NCBI GenBank assembly: GCA_964530335.1
Contig: CAZGYG010000005.1
Location: 2,255-66,254 of the forward strand
Direction: 5' to 3'
DNA from: an uncultured Rhodospirillaceae bacterium
GTDB lineage: Bacteria; Pseudomonadota; Alphaproteobacteria; SP197
DNA length: 64,000 nt
The translations under genes and the position numbers were made by a program. Under the pieces are notes generated by a model. It was given only the letters and a program-made list of their open reading frames with translations. It had not been told where the DNA came from and did no database searches. Shown in pieces: positions 19,269-29,750 of this stretch; position 1 is the first letter of the stretch; the number at the start of each line of letters is the position of its first letter.

Positions 19269-20435
19269 ATGAAGGCGTGGCGCATCGCCGAGGTACGCGC
19301 GTATACGATCGCGGGCGACGAAACGCGCACGTGGCTCGATACCACGCCCATGGGTTCGCCGATGTCGGCCCACGCCGCGTACCGGGCCGACCGCGCGACC
19401 TGGGCCATCGCCGGCGAAGCCCGGCTCTACGTCGAGATCGAAGCGGCGGACGGCACCACCGGCATCGCGGTCGGCGACGGCGGCGCCGCCGCGTGCCTCT
19501 ACGTCGAACGCCTGCTCAACAGGTTCCTGATCGGGCAAGACGCGCGCGACATCGCCCTCATGTGGGACCAGATGTTCCGCGCCGCGAGCTTCGATCACGG
19601 CGGAGAAGGCATCGCGCTGCGCGCCATCAGCGTGATCGACCTGGCGTTGTGGGATCTGCTCGGGCGGTTGCGCGGCGAACCGGTCCACAAGATGATCGGC
19701 GGCGCGGTGCGCGACGCGCTGCCCGCCTATCACACCGGCGCCCGGGCGATCGACGGCAAGCGGCTCGGCTTCCCGATCGCCAAGGTCACGCTGGCCCACG
19801 GCGCCGGCGAAGGGCGCGACGGGTTTGAGGCGAGCCTCGCCGTGCTCGAGGACGACCGCAAGGCGGTCGGGCCCGACTACCCGTTCGCGGTGGATTGCTG
19901 GGCCTCGCTCGATGTTACCTCGGCGGTCGAGTTGGCGCGCGCGACGGCGCACCTGAACCTCGCCTGGATCGAGGAGCCCTTGCCGCCGTGGGACATCGAC
20001 GGCATGAGGCGGCTCCGCGCCGCCGCGCCGGGCACGGTGTGGACCACCGGCGAGCACCAGGCGACCCGTTACGGCTTCCGCCAGTTGGTCGCCGAACGAC
20101 AGGTCGACGCGGTGCAGCCGGACCTGCGCTGGTGCGGCGGGCTGACCGAGGCGCTGCGCATCGCCGCGCTGGCGGCGGCCTACGACGTCCAGGTCATGCC
20201 CCACCACGGCGGCGCCTACAGCTACCACTTCGCGCTGAGCCAGATGATCGTGCCCCGGGTCGAGTACCTGAACACCAGCCCGCGCTGCGACGCCATCGTG
20301 CCGCTGACCGGGACCGCGTTCAGGGGCGAGCCGCTGCCCGAGGCGGGATTGATCCGGGTTGGCGACGCGCCCGGCTTCGGGCTCGACTTGGCGCCGGGGG
20401 CGCGCGAACGTTTGGAGCGGCCGTTTCCCGCCTAG
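19269..20435 (+). CDS. Mandelate racemase/enolase-superfamily dehydratase, L-rhamnonate dehydratase (RhmD)-like
   Basis: VEIEAADG, IDLALWDL, DCWASLD, WIEEPLPP, TTGEH, QPDLRWCGG, YSYHF. Confidence 0.8.
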   Translation: MKAWRIAEVRAYTIAGDETRTWLDTTPMGSPMSAHAAYRADRATWAIAGEARLYVEIEAADGTTGIAVGDGGAAACLYVERLLNRFLIGQDARDIALMWDQMFRAASFDHGGEGIALRAISVIDLALWDLLGRLRGEPVHKMIGGAVRDALPAYHTGARAIDGKRLGFPIAKVTLAHGAGEGRDGFEASLAVLEDDRKAVGPDYPFAVDCWASLDVTSAVELARATAHLNLAWIEEPLPPWDIDGMRRLRAAAPGTVWTTGEHQATRYGFRQLVAERQVDAVQPDLRWCGGLTEALRIAALAAAYDVQVMPHHGGAYSYHFALSQMIVPRVEYLNTSPRCDAIVPLTGTAFRGEPLPEAGLIRVGDAPGFGLDLAPGARERLERPFPA

Positions 20436-20543
20436 ATCGCGATCACGCGCCAGAGATCACACAAAGTTCACCGCGCCGTGCTTGTCAACGAACGGCGCGC
20501 GCCCCAGAATTGCGCTCAACCGACACATTTCCGGAGGACTCCC

Positions 20544-21167
20544 ATGGCCAACCCCACCGTCCACGGCCCCTCGTACAGCACCTACACGCGCACCGTGCGC
20601 ATGGCGCTCGACCTCAAGGGCGTGGCCTACGCCCAGAACGAGATCGACATCATGAAGCCCAGGACCGCCGAACACTTGAAGCTGCAACCCTTCGGCAAGG
20701 TGCCCGCGTTCGAGCACGACGGCTTCAAGCTCTACGAGACGGCCGCGATCACGCGCTACATCGACGACGTGTTCCCGGGCGCCAAGCTGCGGCCGGCCGA
20801 GCCCAAGGCGCGCGCCCGCATGGACCAGATCTACGGGATCCTCGACAGCTACGCCTACCCGTCGATGATCGGCGTCGTCGCGATGGAGCGGATGTTCGCG
20901 CCGAAGGCCGACGAGGCCAAGATCGCCGAGGCCATGACAAAGGCCGACACGACCCTGGACGCGCTCGAAGGTCTGATCGGCGACGGCGACTATCTCGTGG
21001 GCAAGGACGTAAGCCTCGCCGATCTGATGGCCGCGCCGATCTTCGACTACTTCGACCGTACGCCCGACGGGAAGGCCGCCATCGCCAAGCGGCCGAAGGT
21101 CGCCGCGTGGTGGCAGCGCATCCAGAAGCACCCGGCCGTCGCCAAGACCAAGTTCCAGACAGGCTGA
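20544..21167 (+). CDS. Glutathione S-transferase family protein
   Basis: STYTRTV, QPFGKVPAFEH, LYETAAITRYI, SLADL; RBS GGAGG upstream. Confidence 0.93.
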   Translation: MANPTVHGPSYSTYTRTVRMALDLKGVAYAQNEIDIMKPRTAEHLKLQPFGKVPAFEHDGFKLYETAAITRYIDDVFPGAKLRPAEPKARARMDQIYGILDSYAYPSMIGVVAMERMFAPKADEAKIAEAMTKADTTLDALEGLIGDGDYLVGKDVSLADLMAAPIFDYFDRTPDGKAAIAKRPKVAAWWQRIQKHPAVAKTKFQTG

Positions 21168-21181
21168 TAACGGAGGCAACG

Positions 21182-21598
21182 ATGGCGAGAAATCCAACCC
21201 CGCCGCGCAAGCGGCGCACGACGAAGGCTTCCAAGACACACGGGACGTGGTTCTGGCACGAGCTCGTGACGTCCGACGTACGCAAGGCGAAGTCGTTCTA
21301 CGGCAAGTTGTTCGGCTGGACGACCCAACCCATGAAGATGCCCGGCATGACCTACACGATGTGGAAGCGAGGCCGCTCGATGCACGGCGGCATGATGGAC
21401 TCCAAGAACGCCGGTGGCGCGCCGCCGCATTGGATGATCTACGTCCAGGTCGACGACGTCGACGCGTCCGCCAAGCGGGTAGCACGGTTGGGCGGCAAGG
21501 TCGTGGCCAAGCCGTTCGACATTCCGGGCGTGGGCCGCATCTGCGTCATCGCGGACCCAACGGGTGCGATGATATCCATGATGCAGCCTTCGGGCTGA
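21182..21598 (+). CDS. VOC/glyoxalase family protein
   Basis: WHELVTSD...AKSFYGKLFGW, WMIYVQVDDVD, GGKV, DIPGVGR, DPTGA; RBS GGAGG. Confidence 0.9.
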   Translation: MARNPTPPRKRRTTKASKTHGTWFWHELVTSDVRKAKSFYGKLFGWTTQPMKMPGMTYTMWKRGRSMHGGMMDSKNAGGAPPHWMIYVQVDDVDASAKRVARLGGKVVAKPFDIPGVGRICVIADPTGAMISMMQPSG

Positions 21599-21620
21599 CG
21601 GCCGCCCCGGCGCGTCGGTA

Positions 21621-24266
21621 TCAGCCGGCGAGCCAGGCGAGCGCGCCGGCAAGCCGGGCGCGCGTGGCCGCCGCCTCGTCGCGCCGCTCGCGCTGAGTCT
21701 CGACCACGTGCTCGGGCGCGCGGGCGATGAACGCCGCGTCGGCGAGCTTGGCTTCGAGCTTCGCGATCTCGGCCGCGAGACGCTCGATCTGCTTGGTCAG
21801 CCGCTGGGCCTCGGCGGCCACGTCGATGACCCCGGCGAGCGGCAGGCCGAACGTCGCCTCGTCGAGCACGATCTGGACGCTGCCCTTGGGCAGCGCGCCG
21901 TCCATGGCCGTGGCGTTCTCGACCCGCGCGAGCCGGCCGATGACCTCGCCGTGCGCCGCCAGCCGCGCCCGCGTCGGCGCTCCCGCGTCGCGGTGGACCA
22001 GCGGCAGCATGGCCCCCGGCGGCACGTTGAGCTCGGCCCGCGCCGAGCGGATGTCGGACACCAGCCGGATGACCCAGCCGAGCTCGGCGTCGGCCGCCGC
22101 GTCCTCGAGGCCCGGGCCGAACGCGGGCCACGGCGCCTCGATGAGCTGAACGTCGCGATCGCCAAGGGTCCGCCACAGCTCCTCGGTGACGAAGGGGATG
22201 ATCGGGTGCATGAGCACGAGGATGTGGTCGAGCGCCCAGCCGGCGACCGCGCGGATTTCGTCCTTCGCGGCGCCGTCGGGGCCCGTCAAAGTCGCCTTGG
22301 CGAGCTCGAGGAACCAATCGCAGAAGCTGCCCCAGACGAACTGGTATAGCCCGCCCGCCGCCTCGTTGAAGCGGTAGTCGGCGAGCGCCTGGTCGGTGGC
22401 GCGGGTCGCGCGCGCGACCTCGCCGACCAGCCAGCGCGCGAGCGGCAGCCGGACGCCGCCCGGATCGAAGCCGGCGGGCGCCCGGCATCGGTTCATCTCG
22501 CAGAAACGCGCGGCGTTCCACAGCTTGGTGATGAAGTTGCGGTAGCCCTCGACCCGGCCTTCGGCGAGCTTGATGTCACGCCCCTGGGCGGCCATGGCGG
22601 TGAGCGTCAGGCGCAGCGCGTCGGCGCCGTAGCGGTCGATGAGGTCGAGCGGGTCGATGATGTTGCCCTTGCTCTTGGACATCTTCTGCCCCTTCTCGTC
22701 GCGCACCAGGGCATGGATGTAGACGGTGTGGAACGGCGCCTCGTCCTTGAAGCGCAGCCCCATCATCATCATGCGCGCGACCCAGAAGAAGATGATGTCG
22801 TGGCCGGTGACCAGGACGTCGGTCGGGTAATAGCGCGCGACCTCGGGGGTGACGTCGGGCCAGCCCAGCGTCGAGAACGGCCACAGCGCCGAGGAAAACC
22901 AGGTATCGAGCACATCCTCGTCGCGCACGATTTCGGTCGCGCGTCCATAATGGGCGGCCGCCGCGGCCTGGGCCTCGCCGTCGTCCTCGGCGACGAAGAC
23001 CCGGCCGTCGGGACCGTACCAGGCGGGTATCTGGTGGCCCCACCAGAGCTGGCGCGAGATGCACCACGGCTGGATGTTGCGCATCCACTCGAAGTAGGTG
23101 TTCTCCCAGGTCTTGGGCACGAAGACCGTGCGCCCCTGCTCGACCGCCGCGATGGCGGGCTTGGCGAGCGTCGCCGCGTCGACGTACCACTGGTCGGTCA
23201 GCCACGGCTCGATGGCGGCGCCGGAGCGGTCGCCGTGGGGCACCGTATGGTCGGTGTCCTCGACCTTGGCGAGCAGGCCCTGGGCCTCGAGGTCGGCGAC
23301 GATGCGCTGGCGCGCCGCGAAGCGATCGAGACCGCGGTACGCCTCGGGCGCCGCGTCGTTGATGCGCGCCTCGGCGTCGAGCACGTTGACCATGGCGAGG
23401 CCGTGGCGCCGCCCGACTTCGAAGTCGTTGAAGTCATGGGCCGGGGTGATCTTGACCGCGCCGGTGCCTTTCTCCGGGTCGGTGGTGGTGTCGGCGACGA
23501 TGGGCAGGCGGCGCCCGACCAGGGGCAGGATCGCGTGCTTGCCGATCAGGTGGCGATAGCGCTCGTCGTCCGGGTGCACCGCGATCGCCGTGTCGCCGAG
23601 CATGGTTTCGGGCCGGGTGGTGGCGACGGTGATGAACGTCCCTGGCTCGCCTTCGATCGGGTAACGCAGGTGCCAGAGCGAGCCCTTGACCTCGCGCGCC
23701 TCGACCTCGAGGTCCGAGATCGCGGTGTGCAGCACCGGGTCCCAGTTCACCAGGCGCTTGTCGCGGTAGACGAGCCCGGCCTTGTGGAGATCGACGAACA
23801 CCCTGCGCACGGCGCGGCTGAGGCCATCGTCGAGCGTGAACCGCTCGCGCGACCAATCGCACGACGCGCCGAGCCGGCGCAGTTGCCGGGTGATCGTGCC
23901 GCCCGATTCCGCCTTCCACTCCCAGACCTTGGCGATGAAGGCCTCGCGCCCAAGGTCGCGCCGATTGATCTGACGCTGGGCGAGCTGGCGCTCGACCACC
24001 ATCTGGGTCGCGATGCCGGCGTGGTCGGTGCCGGGCTGCCATAGCACGTCGCGGCCCTGCATCCGCCGCCAGCGCACCAGCACGTCCTGCAACGTGTTGT
24101 TGAGCGCATGGCCCATGTGCAGGCTGCCGGTGACGTTGGGCGGCGGAATGACGATGGTGAACGGCCGGGCGTCGGGCCGGCGACCGCAGCGGAACGCGCC
24201 CGCCTGCTCCCACGCCGCGTAGATGCGCGCTTCCACGTCGCTCGGGCGATAGGTCTTTTCGAGCAT
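21621..24266 (-). CDS. valS: Valine--tRNA ligase
   Basis: [31 protein letters not shown]-terminal coiled coil. Confidence 0.98.
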   Translation of the reverse strand: MLEKTYRPSDVEARIYAAWEQAGAFRCGRRPDARPFTIVIPPPNVTGSLHMGHALNNTLQDVLVRWRRMQGRDVLWQPGTDHAGIATQMVVERQLAQRQINRRDLGREAFIAKVWEWKAESGGTITRQLRRLGASCDWSRERFTLDDGLSRAVRRVFVDLHKAGLVYRDKRLVNWDPVLHTAISDLEVEAREVKGSLWHLRYPIEGEPGTFITVATTRPETMLGDTAIAVHPDDERYRHLIGKHAILPLVGRRLPIVADTTTDPEKGTGAVKITPAHDFNDFEVGRRHGLAMVNVLDAEARINDAAPEAYRGLDRFAARQRIVADLEAQGLLAKVEDTDHTVPHGDRSGAAIEPWLTDQWYVDAATLAKPAIAAVEQGRTVFVPKTWENTYFEWMRNIQPWCISRQLWWGHQIPAWYGPDGRVFVAEDDGEAQAAAAAHYGRATEIVRDEDVLDTWFSSALWPFSTLGWPDVTPEVARYYPTDVLVTGHDIIFFWVARMMMMGLRFKDEAPFHTVYIHALVRDEKGQKMSKSKGNIIDPLDLIDRYGADALRLTLTAMAAQGRDIKLAEGRVEGYRNFITKLWNAARFCEMNRCRAPAGFDPGGVRLPLARWLVGEVARATRATDQALADYRFNEAAGGLYQFVWGSFCDWFLELAKATLTGPDGAAKDEIRAVAGWALDHILVLMHPIIPFVTEELWRTLGDRDVQLIEAPWPAFGPGLEDAAADAELGWVIRLVSDIRSARAELNVPPGAMLPLVHRDAGAPTRARLAAHGEVIGRLARVENATAMDGALPKGSVQIVLDEATFGLPLAGVIDVAAEAQRLTKQIERLAAEIAKLEAKLADAAFIARAPEHVVETQRERRDEAAATRARLAGALAWLAG

Positions 24267-24315
24267 GGCGACCCCGGCAACAATCAGGCCGCCGGCAGGG
24301 CCGGCTCGGGGCGTT

Positions 24316-24825
24316 CTACTCGGTCTCGTTGCGCCGGGAAAGGTAGCGAAGCTCGCGTTCGACCAGACGCTCGACGACTCCGGGCAAGTTGGCGTCGAGC
24401 CATTCCTTCAGCATGGGCTTGAGCAGGTCGATGCAGATTTCCTCGACCGTGCGCCCGCCGCGCAGCCCCTTCAGCGGATCGGGCTCGGCGGCGCGGGCGA
24501 GCGTCGAGAACTGGCTCGAGGTCTCGGCCGCGGCCATGCCGGTGACCAGGCGTTCGAAGCTCTCGGTCACCGGCGCCGGCTCGTCGGGTTCGTCCGGCGC
24601 CTCGGCCTGGGGCTCGGTTTCGGGCTCGGCCCGCGCCGCCGCGCCGTCGGGAATGTCCTCGACCACGTCGGTCAGATCGAGCACGCCGTCGTCGACGGCC
24701 ACGACTTCGGCCTCGACGGCCGGTTCCGCCTCCGGTTCGTCGCTGCCTTCCTCGGCAATGATGCGACGAATGGAGGCTAGGATTTCCTCCATCGAGGGCT
24801 CGGGGTCCGACTTCGCAACGGCCAT
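24316..24825 (-). CDS. popZ: Polar organizing protein PopZ (DUF2497)
   Basis: [16 protein letters not shown]-terminal helix, acidic/Pro-rich linker, [21 protein letters not shown]-terminus; tolC-popZ-valS synteny. Confidence 0.93.
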   Translation of the reverse strand: MAVAKSDPEPSMEEILASIRRIIAEEGSDEPEAEPAVEAEVVAVDDGVLDLTDVVEDIPDGAAARAEPETEPQAEAPDEPDEPAPVTESFERLVTGMAAAETSSQFSTLARAAEPDPLKGLRGGRTVEEICIDLLKPMLKEWLDANLPGVVERLVERELRYLSRRNETE

Positions 24826-24872
24826 AGTCGACTCGTCAGGCGGTCTGAAGTTGGTAAATTGTCGGAATATCG

Positions 24873-24888
24873 CTAATTTTTGGCTAAC
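24873..24888. promoter_or_regulatory. CtrA-like box upstream of popZ
   Basis: CTAA-N7-CTAAC versus the TTAA-N7-TTAAC consensus (2 mismatches), in an AT-rich patch. Confidence 0.35.
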
Positions 24889-24909
24889 GGGCGGGGCCCA
24901 ACCGACCCG

Positions 24910-26259
24910 TCACTCGACCGAGGTGCCCCACCACGCGCCATCGACTTGGTTGGTGTGCGCCTCGACGTCCACCAGTTCCACCTGCAGCCCGAGATTCCGG
25001 GCCGTCAGGCGCCCGATCGACGCCTGGACCGCGTAGGTCGCGACCACCAGGTCGCTCTGGGCGCGCACCAGGTCGACGCGGGCCTGGAACAGCTCCTGCT
25101 CGCCGTCGAGCACGTCGAGCACGGTGCGCGAGCCGACCTGGGCCTCGCGCTCGAGGCCGTCGAGCGCGATCTCGGCGGCGCGCACGGCCTCCTCGAAGGC
25201 GGCGATGCGCGCCCGGGCGGTGACGAGCTGCTCCCAGGCGCGGGTCACGTTCTGGGCCACGTCCAGCCGCGCCTGATCGGCCTGAAGCCGCCGTTCCGCG
25301 GCACGCAACCGGTTTTCGCGCACCGCGGAATGGGTGAAGCCGGTCTCGTAGAGCGGGATCGTCACCTCGGCGCGGATCGACGCGATGTCCTCGCGGTCGA
25401 TGGCCGACGAGCGATCGTAGCCGCGCTCGACGCTGCCGCGCAGGCGTACCTCGGGCAACAAATCGCTTTGGGCGACGCGGATGTCGTCGCGCGCGGCCTG
25501 TTCGGCGAAATCCGCGGCGATGACCGCCGGGTGTTCGTCGCCGGCGACAATCTGCGCCTCCGCTTCGCCCGCCGGCATCTCGGCCAGGGGCGCGGCGGAT
25601 TCGAGCGCCTCCGGTGGCGCGCCGATGACGCGCAGGTAGGCCGCCGCCGCGACGATGACATCGCCCTCGGCGCGCACCCGGTCGGCGACCGCGCCCGCCA
25701 GCCGCGCTTCCGCCTGGGCCACGTCGGTGCGCGTGACCTCGCCGACCGCGAACCGATCGCGGGTGGCGTCGAGCTGCCGGGCGATGACCGCCTCGTTGTT
25801 GCGCGCGAGCTCGCGCACGGCCGTGTCGCGCACCACGCCAACGTACGAGGTCACGCCCTCGAGCAGGACCGTCTGTTCGACATCGAAGTAGCGCGCCCGT
25901 TCGGACTGGATCAGGCTGCGCGCCCGCGCGATCTCGGCGGTCGTGCGGCCGCCGCGGTACAGCGGCTGGACCACGGACAGCCCCGCGCCGCCCGGCGTAA
26001 AGCTACGCGAGGATGACTCGCTGGTGTCGAACGTCTCGGCCCCGATATCGCCCTCGAGCGCGATGTTCGGCCGGTACCCGGACTGCGCCTGGGCCAGAAG
26101 TTCGTCGGTGGCGCGCATCCTTTCGCGCTGCGCCGCGAGCGTCGGGTTGCCGCTGTAGGCCAACGCGAGCGCCTCCAACAGCGTCGCCGCCGGCGCTGGC
26201 CCGGCGCTCGCGACCAGCGCGATCAGTGCGGCGGCGAAGACTCGGCACAACGCGCGCAT
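24910..26259 (-). CDS. tolC: TolC-family outer membrane protein
   Basis: Signal peptide, TLLEALALAYSGNP, QPLYRGG, RFAVGEVTRTDV, GSRTVLDVLD. Confidence 0.92.
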   Translation of the reverse strand: MRALCRVFAAALIALVASAGPAPAATLLEALALAYSGNPTLAAQRERMRATDELLAQAQSGYRPNIALEGDIGAETFDTSESSSRSFTPGGAGLSVVQPLYRGGRTTAEIARARSLIQSERARYFDVEQTVLLEGVTSYVGVVRDTAVRELARNNEAVIARQLDATRDRFAVGEVTRTDVAQAEARLAGAVADRVRAEGDVIVAAAAYLRVIGAPPEALESAAPLAEMPAGEAEAQIVAGDEHPAVIAADFAEQAARDDIRVAQSDLLPEVRLRGSVERGYDRSSAIDREDIASIRAEVTIPLYETGFTHSAVRENRLRAAERRLQADQARLDVAQNVTRAWEQLVTARARIAAFEEAVRAAEIALDGLEREAQVGSRTVLDVLDGEQELFQARVDLVRAQSDLVVATYAVQASIGRLTARNLGLQVELVDVEAHTNQVDGAWWGTSVE

Positions 26260-26268
26260 GTCGTGTTC

Positions 26269-26919
26269 CTAGAACGTGAACTTCGGCGCCGGCGCGAAGG
26301 CAGCGAGCGCCGGTACCGCCGCATCGTAGAGATCGACCGTGGAAACCACCCCGCCCTGCTTGACCAGGCGAACCAGCCGGCCCGCGCCCCGGTCGACCAC
26401 TACGGCCGTCAGGCTGCCACCCTCGGCGAGCTGGTCGAGCAGCGCCGAAGGCACCTCAGCGACGCCACCCTCGATGACGATCGCGTCGTAGGGCGCCGCC
26501 GCCGGCCAGCCCGCCGCCAACGGCCCGACGACGACCTCGACGACGCCGGCGCGGGTTGCCAGCGCCGCGCGCGCCCGGTCGGCCAAGGCGGCCGACTCTT
26601 CGAGCGCCACGACCCGGACACCGAGCTCGGCCAGCACCGCGGCGCCGTAGCCCGTGGCGCAAGCGACATCGAGCGCCTTGGCGCCGGGTTCCGGCCGCGC
26701 CGCCTGGATCAGCCGCGCCAGCACCAGGGGTTCGGTCAGGAAGCGACCGCCGCCGAGCGGCAGGTCCTCGTCGACGTAGGCGTTGGCCTTCAGGCCGTCG
26801 GGCACGAAGCCTTCGCGCGGCACGCGCGCCAGCGCCTCGACCAAGGCCGGGTCGGTGATGCGGTTGGGCCGCATCTGGCACTCGATCATGTTGCGCCGGA
26901 GCACGGCGAAATCGATCAC
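26269..26919 (-). CDS. pcm: Protein-L-isoaspartate O-methyltransferase family protein
   Basis: RRNMIECQMRP, VPRE, AYVDEDL, LDVACATGY, PYDAIVIEG; pcm-tolC synteny. Confidence 0.88.
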   Translation of the reverse strand: MIDFAVLRRNMIECQMRPNRITDPALVEALARVPREGFVPDGLKANAYVDEDLPLGGGRFLTEPLVLARLIQAARPEPGAKALDVACATGYGAAVLAELGVRVVALEESAALADRARAALATRAGVVEVVVGPLAAGWPAAAPYDAIVIEGGVAEVPSALLDQLAEGGSLTAVVVDRGAGRLVRLVKQGGVVSTVDLYDAAVPALAAFAPAPKFTF

Positions 26920-27055
26920 GTCACCCCCTGGCGGCACCCACCGCGGCGCGCCCCTTATAGCCGCTGGGTTGCGAACCGACAACGGCGGGTACCGGCCCCG
27001 GCCATTGACCGCGCACCCGGCCGCGACCTAAGACATGGCCCGGCATTGCGTCAAC

Positions 27056-27126
27056 GGCCCGGTGGCGGAGTGGTCACGCAGAGGACTGCAAATCCTTGCA
27101 CGCCGGTTCGATTCCGGCCCGGGCCT
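27056..27126 (+). tRNA. tRNA-Cys (GCA); CCA not encoded
   Basis: Acceptor stem GGCCCGG/CCGGGCC, anticodon arm GAGGA-CTGCAAA-TCCTT, T-loop GGTTCGATTCC. Confidence 0.96.
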
Positions 27127-27194
27127 CGTTACCCCGGCGGGCGGCCGGCCCGCCGGTGCGCGGCGGCAGCACCAGGCAGGGCAGCGGCGGCGGC

Positions 27195-28445
27195 ATGATC
27201 ACGGCGCTCGCCCCGGTCGCCTCGCTCATGCTCGGGGTCGCCATCCTGCTCGCCGGCAACGGGCTGCAAGGCACGCTTCTGCCGCTGCGCGCGCGCCTCG
27301 AGGATTTCGGCATCGTCGACATCGGCGTGCTCGGCTCGGCGTACTTCGTCGGGTTCGTGCTGGGCTGCGTCGCCGGGCCTTACCTGGTGCGGCGCGCGGG
27401 ACACATTCGCACCTTCGCCGCGTTGTCCGCCGTGGCGTCCACGGTCGTGCTGGCCCACCCGCTGGCGCTTTCTCCGGTCGCGTGGTGGTTCATGCGCGGC
27501 ATCACCGGCTTCTGCTTCGCCGGGCTCTACGTGGTGATCGAGAGCTGGCTCAACGAACGGTCGAGCAACACGAACCGCGGCTTCATCATGGCCGTCTACA
27601 CCATCATCAACCTGACGGTGATCACGCTGGGGCAGATGATGATCACGCTCTACGACCCGAGCGAGTTCGCGCTGTTCAGCATCGCGTCGATCCTGGTGTC
27701 GCTGGCCGCGGTGCCGGTGGCGATGACCGCGGCGCCCGGACCGTCGCCGCTGGAATCGGTGCGGCTGAGGCCGCTCCATCTGCTGCGCCTGTCGCCGGTC
27801 GGCTTCGTCGGCAGCTTCGCCGTCGGCGCGACCAACGGCACGTTCTGGAGCCTCGGGCCGCTGTTCGCCGCCGACATCGGCTTCGACACCACCGGCATCG
27901 CCGTGTTCATGAGCGCGACGGTGCTGGGCGGCGCGCTGCTGCAATGGCCGCTGGGCCGGCTTTCGGACCGCATGGACCGGCGCAAGGTCATCGCGACGTC
28001 GTGCCTGCTGGCCGGCGGCGCGGGCGTCGCGCTCGCTTTTTGGGCCGCGCGCGATCTGGCCGTGGTGCTGCCGATCGCCGCGGCCTTCGGCGCGTTCACG
28101 TTCCCCATTTACGGGCTTTGCGCGTCCCACGCCAACGACTTCGCCGGCCGCGGCGCGTACGTCGAGATGGCCAGCGGGCTGCTTCTCGTCAACGGCGCCG
28201 GCTCGGTGTTCGGGCCGCTCGTGGCATCGGCGGTGATGACCGGCATGGGGCCCGCCGGCCTGTTCGTGGTGACGGCGACGGTCCACGTCGCCATGGCCGG
28301 GTTCACGCTGTTCCGTCTCGGCGTACGCCGCGCCGTGCCCGACGACCTCAAGCCCGGTTTCGTCGCCATGCCCAGGGGCAGTTCCGGCGCCCTCGACCGG
28401 GAGCCGCGCGCCGCGCCCGACAAGCGCCCGACGCCTACGGCCTAG
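27195..28445 (+). CDS. MFS transporter (YcaD-like)
   Basis: About 12 hydrophobic segments, GNGLQ, GHIRTFAA, ESWLNE, QWPLGRLSDRMDRRKV. Confidence 0.9.
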   Translation: MITALAPVASLMLGVAILLAGNGLQGTLLPLRARLEDFGIVDIGVLGSAYFVGFVLGCVAGPYLVRRAGHIRTFAALSAVASTVVLAHPLALSPVAWWFMRGITGFCFAGLYVVIESWLNERSSNTNRGFIMAVYTIINLTVITLGQMMITLYDPSEFALFSIASILVSLAAVPVAMTAAPGPSPLESVRLRPLHLLRLSPVGFVGSFAVGATNGTFWSLGPLFAADIGFDTTGIAVFMSATVLGGALLQWPLGRLSDRMDRRKVIATSCLLAGGAGVALAFWAARDLAVVLPIAAAFGAFTFPIYGLCASHANDFAGRGAYVEMASGLLLVNGAGSVFGPLVASAVMTGMGPAGLFVVTATVHVAMAGFTLFRLGVRRAVPDDLKPGFVAMPRGSSGALDREPRAAPDKRPTPTA

Positions 28446-28460
28446 GCGCCTCGCCGTCCG

Positions 28461-29138
28461 TCAATTGCCGTCCGAGTGTTCGCTACTATGGTTGCTGTGC
28501 CGTCTGGATTCGATGCGCGGATCGTCGACGCCGTGATCGCGCGGCGCGACGACGCCTTGGGTCACCGTGCCGTCGGGAGCGAACGACGCCGAATCCCCCG
28601 TCATCAAATGGGTCTCCTGGCCGCTCGCCGCTACCATCGCCATCGCGCCCTGCACGACCGTGACGGTCACGGCGCCCAACTCGCTGATCACGATGTAGAG
28701 CGTGGTGCCGCGCACGCCGATGACCCCGACCGGGGTCGTCAGCGTGTAGGACTCCGATGCGAGCGCGCCGCTGACGAACAGGAACGCGCCGAGCGCCAGG
28801 TCGACCGCGAATTCGCCCTTGCCGGAGTTGGGGTCGTAGACGTAGCGGTCGAGCGTGGCCTGGCTCGACCCGCCCAGGCGAAGCTCGGTGCCGTCGAGGA
28901 ACGTGAGATGCAGCGCGCCGCGCGCGACGGTCTCGACGAATTCGTCGGCGATGACGGTTGCGGCCTGAAACAGGTCGGTGCGGGTCGCCCCGGACCGCGT
29001 ACCATAGGCCCACACGGAGACATGCTGCACCGTGCCGATCTGGGCGCAGGCTGGCCGGGCCGCGCCCAGGGCCGCCGCCACGGCGACGGCGATCACCAGG
29101 ACGATCGAATGGCGGGAAAGCGGACAATCTCTGATCAT
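28461..29138 (-). CDS. Exported FecR-domain protein
   Basis: Signal peptide (ACA-Q), LTFLDGTELRLG, TTPVGVIGVRGT, VTVVQG; start uncertain (29138 or 29213). Confidence 0.8.
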   Translation of the reverse strand: MIRDCPLSRHSIVLVIAVAVAAALGAARPACAQIGTVQHVSVWAYGTRSGATRTDLFQAATVIADEFVETVARGALHLTFLDGTELRLGGSSQATLDRYVYDPNSGKGEFAVDLALGAFLFVSGALASESYTLTTPVGVIGVRGTTLYIVISELGAVTVTVVQGAMAMVAASGQETHLMTGDSASFAPDGTVTQGVVAPRDHGVDDPRIESRRHSNHSSEHSDGN

Positions 29139-29290
29139 GGCGACCTCGCAGCGAACGTCGGCTACGCCGGCTCTGTTGGACGGATCATGGTCCCGGGCGA
29201 ATCGTTCGTCCATGGCGCCGACGTGTCCACGACCGCCAAGCCGTCGCCTTGCCCGGGTCCGCGTTTTTGCTATAACTCGGGCTTACCTGT

Positions 29291-29366
29291 TCCCCGGTAG
29301 CTCAGCAGGTAGAGCAAGCGGCTGTTAACCGCTGGGTCGCTGGTTCGAATCCGGCCCGGGGAGCCA
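29291..29366 (+). tRNA. tRNA-Asn (GTT)
   Basis: TCCCCGG/CCGGGGA acceptor stem, anticodon loop CTGTTAA, GGTTCGAATCC, encoded CCA. Confidence 0.97.
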
Positions 29367-29372
29367 ATTCAC

Positions 29373-29404
29373 ACGGGGCCGATGCCGTCGGGCGTCGGCC
29401 CCGT
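29373..29404 (+). terminator. Hairpin after tRNA-Asn (terminator-like, weak U-tract)
   Basis: acggggccgatgcc...ggcgtcggccccgt. Confidence 0.55.
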
Positions 29405-29481
29405 CGTCGTTCAGGGCGACGTGGCGCGGCGCAGTAACGGGGGCGCTTCGCAATCACGAGTCCCTCGACGCCTCGCCTCGG

Positions 29482-29500
29482 GTATGATACAAAGTCATAC
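29482..29500. promoter_or_regulatory. Candidate antitoxin autorepression operator
   Basis: GTATGA-N7-TCATAC inverted repeat overlapping a TATGAT -10-like hexamer just upstream of the GGAGG RBS. Confidence 0.65.
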
Positions 29501-29513
29501 TGGAGGAAAGACC

Positions 29514-29750
29514 ATGGGCGCGATCAAGGTGGCCATCACGATCGAGGAGGGGCTGCTGCGTACCGTCGAACGCTGGGTCGAGCAGGGGCGATATCCCAAC
29601 CGGAGCCAGGCCATTCAGGCGGCCCTGCGCGAAAAAGAAGCGCGTTGGAAGCGGACCCGCCTGGCCGACGAACTTGCCAAGCTCGACGTCAAGGCGGAGC
29701 GCCAACTGGCCGACGAAAGGCTTGCGGGCGAAACATGGCCCGAATCCTGA
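29514..29750 (+). CDS. Ribbon-helix-helix antitoxin
   Basis: KVAITIE beta-strand, YPNRSQAIQAAL; overlaps the downstream toxin start. Confidence 0.88.
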   Translation: MGAIKVAITIEEGLLRTVERWVEQGRYPNRSQAIQAALREKEARWKRTRLADELAKLDVKAERQLADERLAGETWPES

